Source: Candidatus Babelota bacterium (GTDB lineage: Bacteria; Babelota; Babeliae; Babelales; Vermiphilaceae). From it: a stretch of 32,000 nucleotides of DNA. The DNA is taken from assembly GCA_039809905.1 (NCBI GenBank), contig JBDHVY010000001.1:420001-452000 (forward strand). The letters run 5' to 3'. The translations under genes were made by a program, and so were the position numbers. Below, piece after piece: positions 16,562 through 24,994 of this stretch. Within the stretch, counting starts at the first letter, position 1. Every line of letters starts with the position of its first letter. The notes beneath the pieces were generated by a model. That model searched no databases, was not told the origin of the DNA, and saw nothing but the letters and a program-made list of their open reading frames with translations.

Positions 16562-17884
16562 ATGAACTCTCTAACCTTCGACTACCAAAACACCTGCCAA
16601 ATCAACGAATCGGAGTTGAGCCTTACATTCAATGAGCTTCTACCAGAAATTGACCGTATTACTGCCTCTAGCTCCAATTACACAACAGACTATGGGTCAA
16701 CTCATCTTCCTTTTGATGAAGCATTATTAAAAACCATAATGGCAACCGTTAAAGAAAAAAAATCACTTCACCCAACCACATTGGTAGTAATTGGAATCGG
16801 CGGATCAAATCTTGGAACAATAGCAGTGCTTGAAGCATTGAGGGGAAAGTTTTACAACGAGCATCATGCAACCAAGGTTTATTTTGCAGATACTGTTGAT
16901 ACTGATAATATTTCTGATATCGCGCAATTAGTTGAACATCAGCTAGCAACTGGTCACAACATCATAATCAACGTGATTAGTAAATCAGGAACAACAACGG
17001 AAACCATCGCTAACCTTGAGATATTTCTTGAAATACTCAAAAGTCATCGCCCATATAATTACCAAGACTTTGTTGTTGCTACAACCGACGGCGGATCAGC
17101 TCTTTATAAGCTTTGCCAACAAGAGGAATTTTCTGTTCTAGAAATTCCATTACATGTCGGCGGCAGATATTCAGTATTTTCTGCAGTAGGATTATTTCCA
17201 CTTTGCTTTTTAGACATTGATTGCAAGCAGCTTCTTCAGGGAGCACGAATTGGTTTTGAGCTTTGCACACAAAAGACGATGTATGAAAACTACGCTGCAC
17301 TGAGCGCCATTATTATTGCTGCCCACTACAATAAAACTCGTATTATTCATGACACCTTTTTATTTTCAGTTGCTCTTGAAAGTTTAGGCGCATGGTATCG
17401 GCAACTATCAGCAGAGAGCCTTGGTAAGGCTTTCGATAACAAGAATAACAAAATTAATATTGGATTATTACCAACTATTTCTATCGGTAGCACTGATTTG
17501 CACTCTGTTGCACAACTTTATTTAGCCGGTCCCGATAATAGATTTACTACATTTTTAACTATTGCTCAGTCAAAAACAAATCTTTTATTGCCAGAATACC
17601 ATGAATACGAATCTCTGGTAGAACATATCCAAGGAAAATCACTTTCCACTATCATGGATGCCATTTTACAAGGAACAAAACAAGCATACCTGAAAGACAA
17701 GCGCCCATTTGTATCATTTATTTTGCCTGAAAAATCTGCTTTCTATATCGGCGAATGTATGCAAATTAAAATGATTGAAATAATGTACGTAGGATTTTTG
17801 CTTGATGTTAATCCTTTTGATCAACCAGAAGTGGAAAAATATAAAAAAGAAACAAGAAATTTACTTAAAAACTTAGCCTTATAA
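16562..17884 (+). CDS. pgi: Glucose-6-phosphate isomerase
   Basis: VVIGIGGSNLG and VISKSGTTTET SIS-domain motifs. N-terminus MNSLTFDYQN is as in short bacterial PGIs. AAGGA lies 5 nt before ATG 16562; the in-frame ATG 16532 sits inside the repeat and lacks an RBS. Confidence 0.93.
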   Translation: MNSLTFDYQNTCQINESELSLTFNELLPEIDRITASSSNYTTDYGSTHLPFDEALLKTIMATVKEKKSLHPTTLVVIGIGGSNLGTIAVLEALRGKFYNEHHATKVYFADTVDTDNISDIAQLVEHQLATGHNIIINVISKSGTTTETIANLEIFLEILKSHRPYNYQDFVVATTDGGSALYKLCQQEEFSVLEIPLHVGGRYSVFSAVGLFPLCFLDIDCKQLLQGARIGFELCTQKTMYENYAALSAIIIAAHYNKTRIIHDTFLFSVALESLGAWYRQLSAESLGKAFDNKNNKINIGLLPTISIGSTDLHSVAQLYLAGPDNRFTTFLTIAQSKTNLLLPEYHEYESLVEHIQGKSLSTIMDAILQGTKQAYLKDKRPFVSFILPEKSAFYIGECMQIKMIEIMYVGFLLDVNPFDQPEVEKYKKETRNLLKNLAL

Positions 17885-18299
17885 AAAATGAGGCGCACAA
17901 GGCAGCCAATAAATTACTGGCTAGGGAAAGTATAAAAAAATGTGCCACAAAAAAAGGGCGCCAATAATTAATAATACAGTAAAATAAGCCTTGTAATAGC
18001 GATAAAATACCACCCAAGATTAATGATGCATCAAGAGGATTATAAACATTTGGCACGCCACCACCTATAAATTTCCAATGAAAAAAATTAATCAAAAGAC
18101 ACGAAACAAAAATAAAATAAGTAATAATAGCAAATGCATATGATCCTATTGTTAGAAAAAGTGCAGATAAAAGACGCATACGCGCCATTAAAATAAACAT
18201 GAACCAGGTAAAAATAAGTCCCAAGGTAAGTTGGTACCATCCCCATGCCATCATCCACAATAGTTCATCTACAAAAAATGTTACACATTCTGTTATCAT
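17865..18299 (-). CDS. Hypothetical integral membrane protein (about 4 TM)
   Basis: Strongly hydrophobic ORF. The track start at 18338 is a TTG; the first ATG is 18299. The 3' end overlaps pgi by 20 nt. No family recognised. Confidence 0.5.
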   Translation of the reverse strand: MITECVTFFVDELLWMMAWGWYQLTLGLIFTWFMFILMARMRLLSALFLTIGSYAFAIITYFIFVSCLLINFFHWKFIGGGVPNVYNPLDASLILGGILSLLQGLFYCIINYWRPFFVAHFFILSLASNLLAALCASFFIRLSF

Positions 18300-18444
18300 T
18301 ATATTTCCAATTTTTTTAAAAAATAAAAAACCTATCAATCCGCCGTCCCCACATGAAGTATCACATAACGTGGCTACACATACTTGTCAAACAATAAAAA
18401 TTATTAGTATCTTATATCAGCTTTCATTAAAAAAGGAACCTCTC

Positions 18445-19212
18445 ATGTGTAATTTTAAAATTCGTCCATTTTTTTTATCACTATTACTGTTACCTCCATT
18501 ATATGTACGCGCTAATGACCTGACAATAGACAGAATAGCCCCTTATAATAATGGCAACACAGTAAATGCATCACCAGTATTTAATACAGAAATCAAACCA
18601 AAATTTGTCACCCACACTAATTCTATCATCAATGCAATCGGCATAAAGGTAGGAGATATTTATGTTTTTTTTTCAAACATGGCACGAGAAACAATAACAA
18701 AAGATAATTATGAACTCCTAAAAAAAGTTATTAAAGAATTATTATGGCAAAATCGTTATAAAATTGCCGGGGGCACTGTGTTAGGATCATACAGCACTGC
18801 AAGTCTATTATTGATTAACGATTACCATCAATTAAATAACAATATGTTTTGGGCTCAATGGAAAAGACAATCTACATTTGAAGATTTGTGCGCAATTCCT
18901 CAAAAAGAACTTGCAAAAGAGCTTCTGCTTGCAATTGGACAATACCACTATAATAAAGATAATCCAACAGATCTTGCATATCCACTTATTACCTTTATCA
19001 AAGATATTGATTGGGAAATAAATACTATCAAGCGTTACATAGCAACTACAAAAACGATAAAACAATTATGCCTCATGCCATTATTTCCCACCAATGATCA
19101 TAAACTTAATAGAGCTACAAAAATGCTTGAACGAGCATTATTTATCAAACATATCTTTTTATCATGGCTTGCTGATTATAATTTAACTAATACGGAAAAA
19201 TTGAATGGATAA
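18445..19212 (+). CDS. Hypothetical secreted protein (255 aa)
   Basis: AAGGA lies 7 nt before ATG 18445. Signal peptide FFLSLLLLPPLYVRA. The upstream part of the track ORF overlaps the minus-strand membrane gene and looks non-coding. Confidence 0.65.
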   Translation: MCNFKIRPFFLSLLLLPPLYVRANDLTIDRIAPYNNGNTVNASPVFNTEIKPKFVTHTNSIINAIGIKVGDIYVFFSNMARETITKDNYELLKKVIKELLWQNRYKIAGGTVLGSYSTASLLLINDYHQLNNNMFWAQWKRQSTFEDLCAIPQKELAKELLLAIGQYHYNKDNPTDLAYPLITFIKDIDWEINTIKRYIATTKTIKQLCLMPLFPTNDHKLNRATKMLERALFIKHIFLSWLADYNLTNTEKLNG

Positions 19213-19225
19213 AATAATTATTTAA

Positions 19226-20509
19226 TCACAAACTCCCAACAGCTAAAAAGTTTGATAAAGCGAAAGTTAGTTTCGTTCCCAAAATTCTTTGCGTAACTGA
19301 TCCAAGCTTAAATGATCTATACGGTGAAAGATATGCATCAAATTCAGTATTATTATTTATAATACGATCAGCGCAATGCGTGCCTAATGCTGCTGCCACC
19401 GGCAACCCACATGCACCTGCAATATAATAAACAGATGGCATTTTTTCATCAAAACCTGCAACGGGAAAAACATCTTTACTAATTCCCACAATACCTGGCC
19501 AAATATATTCAAATTCAAGATTGGCTGATGGAAAATGTTTATGAGCATATGCAATTAATTTTTTTGCCACTCGCGCATTATTGTGCGATTCATTCATATA
19601 GGTATAAAACAAATCAGATCCACCAAGCATTAATCTCTTATCACCGGTTAAGCGATAATAGTTATAAATCATATCAGTATCCCAGACCATAAATGATTTG
19701 GTAGGAAAAATGCTTTTAACTTGTGCATCTGAAAGTGGTGTGGATACCATCAAAAATGTTTGTACATGATATATTTTATCCCACAAACTTTGTGATAGTG
19801 CTGGCTCAAAACGATCAGTACACACAACAATATGATCTGCTTTAATTGTTGCATACGGCGTAGTTACTTTTTTTTCCGCAATATGTGTTGCTGGTGTTTC
19901 CTCATAAATCTGCATACCTTCTTTTTGTAAAACTTGTTTCATTTCAAGACAATAATTATACGCTCTGATACCAAAAGTATTTCCGTATGCTATGCCACCC
20001 ATATAATTTTCAGAACCAATAACAGAACTTAGCGCATCTTGCGTATACAAAGTACTGGTGTATCCTGATTGCTGACGGTTGTGGTATTCTTTTTGTATAT
20101 CATTTTTAAATGCGCGAGTAGTAGTTGCTAAAATAAGCGTATCTTGCAGTTGATAATCACAATCGAGATTATATTTTTTAATGTTACTTTCTATCGTATT
20201 AACACCAGAACTTATCAACTCCCATAATTTTTTTCCCGCATCATTGCCAAACATATTTTGCAATTCAAATAACGACAATTCTGAATCAGGAGTTATAAAA
20301 CCAGAACTTTTACCTGAAGCACCGGCTCCACAGCAATTTTTTTCAATCAATACAACTTTGCGACCTTTTTCATGAAATGCCTGAGCAGTAGTAATTCCTG
20401 CCATTCCTCCGCCAATCACCAGAACATCTGTAGAAATATCATGAGTAAGCGGTTGGGCTTTTGTGGTGTTAAGGTACCAAAATACTTGATCTTGCGGTAA
20501 AAGTTGCAT
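19226..20509 (-). CDS. FAD-dependent oxidoreductase (DAO family)
   Basis: DVLVIGGGMAGITTA...KVVLIEK Rossmann motif followed by GASGKSSGFI. AAGGA lies 7 nt before ATG 20509; the longer track ORF start has no RBS. Confidence 0.88.
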   Translation of the reverse strand: MQLLPQDQVFWYLNTTKAQPLTHDISTDVLVIGGGMAGITTAQAFHEKGRKVVLIEKNCCGAGASGKSSGFITPDSELSLFELQNMFGNDAGKKLWELISSGVNTIESNIKKYNLDCDYQLQDTLILATTTRAFKNDIQKEYHNRQQSGYTSTLYTQDALSSVIGSENYMGGIAYGNTFGIRAYNYCLEMKQVLQKEGMQIYEETPATHIAEKKVTTPYATIKADHIVVCTDRFEPALSQSLWDKIYHVQTFLMVSTPLSDAQVKSIFPTKSFMVWDTDMIYNYYRLTGDKRLMLGGSDLFYTYMNESHNNARVAKKLIAYAHKHFPSANLEFEYIWPGIVGISKDVFPVAGFDEKMPSVYYIAGACGLPVAAALGTHCADRIINNNTEFDAYLSPYRSFKLGSVTQRILGTKLTFALSNFLAVGSL

Positions 20510-20692
20510 AAATAAATCCTTTTTTTTACTTTTTTGAATGATATGAAATATCGATCCAGACATGCTTTTTATTATATTTATGTAAATTATCAATCAGATT
20601 AGCGGATTTGCAAGATTTTTACTAAATTGACAAATTGTCGATATTTGATAAGATTATAAATAATCAAAAACCTTCTACAAAAAGGATATTAT

Positions 20693-21253
20693 ATGAATAT
20701 TATACAAAAACAGTTGATACTTTTGCTGACGTTCAGTGCAAATATATTGCTACCTACCACTCACCCATTTCATGAATCTATTACAGATATTATCAGCAAA
20801 ATTCCTCATTTTAGAGCAACACATCCAGAATTAGTTAAACAATATGAAGCAGCACGCGAAATTGCTGAAAATTCTCCTTCTTATCGCGAATATAACTCAA
20901 CAGGGCACACATTAAAAAATTATCATAAGCAGATTATATCTCGTGCACAAGCATTACAACATGTTTGGTCAGGAGCATTGCCTTTACGTAATGTAATATT
21001 AAATAAATTAAGCGTTACGGATTTTTACGATAATTGCGAGCGCACTCGCCATTTCGGCACACCTCAATGCTTATTATATAATCAGTTAGCTACCGAATTT
21101 AGCGAAAAACATGCACAATTATTATCACAATATAGCGAATTACAAAAAGCTTATTTTGAAAGCGAAGAAGGCCTCAAGCTTAATGCATTAGCAGAACAAG
21201 TAAAAACCGAATACAAGAATCAAATTTGTTTTCCTAAATCTCCTGAAAATTAA
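20693..21253 (+). CDS. Secreted Cys-motif protein (186 aa)
   Basis: AAGGA RBS. Signal peptide LILLLTFSANILL. Motif NCERTRHFGTPQC followed by a helix-like segment. Confidence 0.65.
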   Translation: MNIIQKQLILLLTFSANILLPTTHPFHESITDIISKIPHFRATHPELVKQYEAAREIAENSPSYREYNSTGHTLKNYHKQIISRAQALQHVWSGALPLRNVILNKLSVTDFYDNCERTRHFGTPQCLLYNQLATEFSEKHAQLLSQYSELQKAYFESEEGLKLNALAEQVKTEYKNQICFPKSPEN

Positions 21254-21290
21254 CAAAAACATATAAACAATTAAATAAATTCAATAAAAA

Positions 21291-21329
21291 ACGCAGACTT
21301 CTTGATATATTTCAAGATCTGCGTTTTTT
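21291..21329 (+). terminator. Rho-independent terminator
   Basis: acgcaga..tcttga-tatatt-tcaaga-tctgcgt followed by T6. Confidence 0.8.
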
Positions 21330-21378
21330 ATTGTTCATTTATGAGCCTGTATGCTAATAAAAACAAAAAGGGTTTTGT

Positions 21379-22281
21379 ATGAAACATACCAAAAAAATTT
21401 CATTATTTTTACTCACCAACATATCTCTTTTTTTATATACCACTCCACTACAATTATCATTCACCCTTCCTTTTACCATAACAGGCAAAGCGGATAAAAC
21501 CACCTTTTTCCTGCAAGATGCCGCACATAAGGAATTTGTTTTAAAATATCATCCCCGAGGCCCAAGGCGTGCAATTCATGATACACTTGGCGCACAGATA
21601 GGAAAATCTATCGGTCTCAACATTAATGAAGTAGAAATATTTTCACCTGATGACCAATTCAATCAATTATTTAATGATATAAAACCGATATCACCAGCAC
21701 ATACAGGTATAACCACCTTACATTCACGCGTGCCTGGCAAACAAATTAAAGATATTAAATACATGAATGATGATATTTATATAAAACATGGATTATGTAA
21801 AGAAAAGCATTTGAATAGCATCATCCATTACAAACAATTATGTGATATTGTTGCGTTTGATTTATTTATTGATAACACTGACCGCAATAATCGCAACTTT
21901 TTTTTTGATGAAACAACCGATGAATTTTATGCTATCGATATGGATCATGGATTTAAATCAGCCTATGCATTAGTAATGACCAGCAATGAATATGATTTTG
22001 ATACACTTGCTACGCGCGCTTATGATTTTATAAAGAAATTCAAAAAACGACCTTTATATTCCCAAGAAATTAAAGCACTCAAACGTGTTAAACATACCTT
22101 AGAAATACTTGTTCATCGCAATAGCCCTGAAACCATATTCACGCAATGGATGGAAATTGCAGATAAAGCTGACTATGTTTATACCTCACGAGAGCAGGAA
22201 AAGATTAAAAAATACCTTGAATATCACCTCATTCAGATCAATCGCTTAGTTGCCTTGCTTAATGATATCATGAGTACATAA
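21379..22281 (+). CDS. Secreted atypical kinase-like protein (PI3/PI4-kinase or HipA-like catalytic motifs)
   Basis: Signal peptide ISLFLLTNISLFLYT. FVLKYHP (candidate ATP-binding Lys), LFIDNTDRNNRNFFF (compare GDRHxxN catalytic loop) and FYAIDMDHGF (compare HIDFGH). Confidence 0.45.
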   Translation: MKHTKKISLFLLTNISLFLYTTPLQLSFTLPFTITGKADKTTFFLQDAAHKEFVLKYHPRGPRRAIHDTLGAQIGKSIGLNINEVEIFSPDDQFNQLFNDIKPISPAHTGITTLHSRVPGKQIKDIKYMNDDIYIKHGLCKEKHLNSIIHYKQLCDIVAFDLFIDNTDRNNRNFFFDETTDEFYAIDMDHGFKSAYALVMTSNEYDFDTLATRAYDFIKKFKKRPLYSQEIKALKRVKHTLEILVHRNSPETIFTQWMEIADKADYVYTSREQEKIKKYLEYHLIQINRLVALLNDIMST

Positions 22282-22384
22282 ACCCTTATTATTAGTCATT
22301 TTTATAAAATTTATTTATTTTCAGATGTAATTTTTTATATAATGAGCATGAGAAACTAACTCTCATTAAAAATTATAAGGTTTT

Positions 22385-24631
22385 ATGATGAAAATAAGTA
22401 AAAAAACCGCTATTAAAGCTATAATCATAGCTATATGCACGGCTTTTTCGGTACAAATCATGCCTATGTCTCGAGCATCGCAAATGTTAACTCCTGAGCA
22501 AAAGCGCGCACTTATCGCCAAACGGGCTGTATTTAATAAGGCAAAAGCAACTGCTGCAGCTTCCGCCGTACAAAATCCTATATGGATACGTACAAATGAT
22601 AATAATGTCATTGCAATAGCTCAATGGAAAATAAATGAAATGACGGAACTTTCATCATTAGTAAAAGATCAAGATGGCAAAAACAGCCAAACTAACCCGA
22701 CTAACGTATCCATGCTAACCAGATCTGATTTAGAATTACTTTCAACTGCTCTAGATAAAATATCATCTGGTCAATTTGATCAATATTATGAAAGTCTAAA
22801 ACCAGAATATGTAAAAAGTCTTACCGATAAAAATGTTGGCCCAGGACAATTGCGTAATCTTATTACTCTGGCAGGCACAATCAAAGCAACTACGCTTTCT
22901 GCATTTTTAGCTTCTTATTTTTTACCTAATGATATGCAAAAATATTTAATGGTTCCACAAATTGTATCTCCTGTGGCTGATTACTTAAAAAGCGAAATCG
23001 TGAAAAAAAATAGACTTCATCAAGCGCCTCTCATTGGCCATGAAGGAAAACTCGTCAACGTGGAATTTAGTAAAGATAGCACCGTTGCAGTAACAAGTGC
23101 AGAAGGAGAACATAATAATATTATTACCTGGAACATACCAGCAGGTCAACAATTGCAAACTTTTACTATTTCAGAAGGCGAGATAGATGGCGTACAAATC
23201 AATAACGACGGAAGTAGAATTGCAGCAATTGTATCAAAGAATTTTGAAATGCAAGAATTATTTAATAAGAATGAACAACCAACAACTGAAACAAAAGAAA
23301 TTCTTATCTTATGGGATGCAAAAACAGGCAGACAAATTAAGATCTTTGATAATTTACCCGATACCACCATCTTTTTCATAGAATTTAGTAGCGATGGAAA
23401 AAGAATAGTGATTCCAGTTGGACATGAAGTTACTGTTACAAATCCTGAACAAGAAGAAAAAGGATATATCATAATTGCTGATAGTGAAACAGGCAATATA
23501 ATTGCAACTCATGAAGTAGCAAATAACTATCCAGATGTCCAACCTAATCCTAATGGCAATACCTTATTAGCAAGATCAGAATCAGACCTTATTCTTTATG
23601 ATATTAACACAGGTCAAAAAATCAAAAAATTGGATGGGCCTACTGAAATAATTTATGATGCGAACTATAGCGGAGATGGAACGAAAATAATTGCACGTGA
23701 TTTTACAGCTCAAACAATTTTTATCTGGAATGGAAATACCGGAGAACAAATAACACAATTTAATAATATTGTTCCAAATGCATTTGCGATCAATCATGAT
23801 GGAACAAAAATGGCTACGGTTTCTCTATCCGAAACTACTGACACTATTTCTATATGGGATGTTGCAACAAAAACCGTAACTCATACTATTGATAGTAAGC
23901 AAACTGAAGTTACCTCTACACAATTTAGTCCTGATAGCCGAATGATTATTTCAACAGGTCTTGGTGATAAAAATATAATTTTATGGGATGCTCTTACCGG
24001 AAAGCAATTACACGCACTCAATCATAGTAACAACCTTCCTGATGTTAACTTTAGTTCCGATGGAAAACGCATTAAATCTCATTCTAGCCCGGCAATAGGT
24101 GAAGAAAAATGCACTACAATGTTATGGAATACTGACACAGGAAAAAAAATACACACATTTATTGCAGAACATGATTTATTAGAAGAGGATTCAAATTTTA
24201 TTAATATAATAAGTCCTGATGATACAAATAATCGCAACTTTATTCTCTGGACATCATTAAGTAAGGACGAACGCAATACTTTAGAAAAAATAGAAAACAA
24301 TCTGAATATCGATCAAGCACATTTATTGTATCAGTTGTATATGGCAAAGATCAGTAACACTCTTATTTCTCTCTCTGATAAGCAACAACTAGCAAGCCTT
24401 CCAGCTGATATTCTTAGCATAGTAAATACATACCTTAAGCCAACTCCATTGCCAAAAGCTACTTTAGCATTAAAACCACAACCGTTTGAACAACCTGCTA
24501 TGGTAACAACGTTATCAAAAACAGCTCCTGTAAAATCACAACCACTTAAGCAACCAGCAAAGCCCATACAAGAACCAGAAATACGAAAATCACAAACATG
24601 GGCTGATTGGGCACGTAGTTGGTGGAAGTAA
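22385..24631 (+). CDS. Large secreted WD40-repeat protein (748 aa)
   Basis: Signal peptide AIKAIIIAICTAFSVQIMPMSRA. At least 7 WD-like repeats (IITWNIPAGQQ, ILILWDAKTGRQ, LILYDINTGQK, IFIWNGNTGEQ, ISIWDVATKT, IILWDALTGKQ, TMLWNTDTGKK). Pro/Gln/Lys-rich tail ending WADWARSWWK. Confidence 0.85.
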   Translation: MMKISKKTAIKAIIIAICTAFSVQIMPMSRASQMLTPEQKRALIAKRAVFNKAKATAAASAVQNPIWIRTNDNNVIAIAQWKINEMTELSSLVKDQDGKNSQTNPTNVSMLTRSDLELLSTALDKISSGQFDQYYESLKPEYVKSLTDKNVGPGQLRNLITLAGTIKATTLSAFLASYFLPNDMQKYLMVPQIVSPVADYLKSEIVKKNRLHQAPLIGHEGKLVNVEFSKDSTVAVTSAEGEHNNIITWNIPAGQQLQTFTISEGEIDGVQINNDGSRIAAIVSKNFEMQELFNKNEQPTTETKEILILWDAKTGRQIKIFDNLPDTTIFFIEFSSDGKRIVIPVGHEVTVTNPEQEEKGYIIIADSETGNIIATHEVANNYPDVQPNPNGNTLLARSESDLILYDINTGQKIKKLDGPTEIIYDANYSGDGTKIIARDFTAQTIFIWNGNTGEQITQFNNIVPNAFAINHDGTKMATVSLSETTDTISIWDVATKTVTHTIDSKQTEVTSTQFSPDSRMIISTGLGDKNIILWDALTGKQLHALNHSNNLPDVNFSSDGKRIKSHSSPAIGEEKCTTMLWNTDTGKKIHTFIAEHDLLEEDSNFINIISPDDTNNRNFILWTSLSKDERNTLEKIENNLNIDQAHLLYQLYMAKISNTLISLSDKQQLASLPADILSIVNTYLKPTPLPKATLALKPQPFEQPAMVTTLSKTAPVKSQPLKQPAKPIQEPEIRKSQTWADWARSWWK

Positions 24632-24637
24632 GATTTA

Positions 24638-24958
24638 TTAATCTTTTAAAGAATGCGTATGTTTGCTGCCATCAGATAAATCAATATGCAAAACTTCTTT
24701 TTCGTCCAAACGCATATTGCGTACAGGCTTGCCATAGTTAAGCAAGGCAGTTTTTTCTCGACAGGAATCATATACAAAGATTGGATACATAACCTGAAGC
24801 TTCGGTACAGATATTGTGCGTTTACCATAATAATTCGCAGAGACATCTTTGTTAAATTTAACGGAAAAAGGTTTGCTAGCATCTTCACTCGCATTCAACA
24901 AAAAACTTACACAACAGCTAACTATCGTTAATATTTTAACTCTATTTCTTAAAAACAT
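24638..24958 (-). CDS. Small putative lipoprotein (106 aa) downstream of the MCE gene
   Basis: AAAGGGGGG RBS 4 nt upstream of the ATG. Signal sequence with lipobox-like LTIVSC. Confidence 0.55.
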   Translation of the reverse strand: MFLRNRVKILTIVSCCVSFLLNASEDASKPFSVKFNKDVSANYYGKRTISVPKLQVMYPIFVYDSCREKTALLNYGKPVRNMRLDEKEVLHIDLSDGSKHTHSLKD

Positions 24959-24994
24959 TTTTCCCCCCTTTGATTATTTATATAGCAATCATTT

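Noticed and set aside
20510-20593. N-terminal 28-aa extension of the FAD oxidoreductase
   Set aside because: It has no RBS. ATG 20509 has AAGGA 7 nt upstream and places the GxGxxG motif at the usual distance from the N-terminus.
22366-24567. Minus-strand and alternative-frame ORFs within the 748-aa WD40 gene
   Set aside because: They are shadow ORFs. The WD40 frame shows periodic repeat signatures across the whole span.
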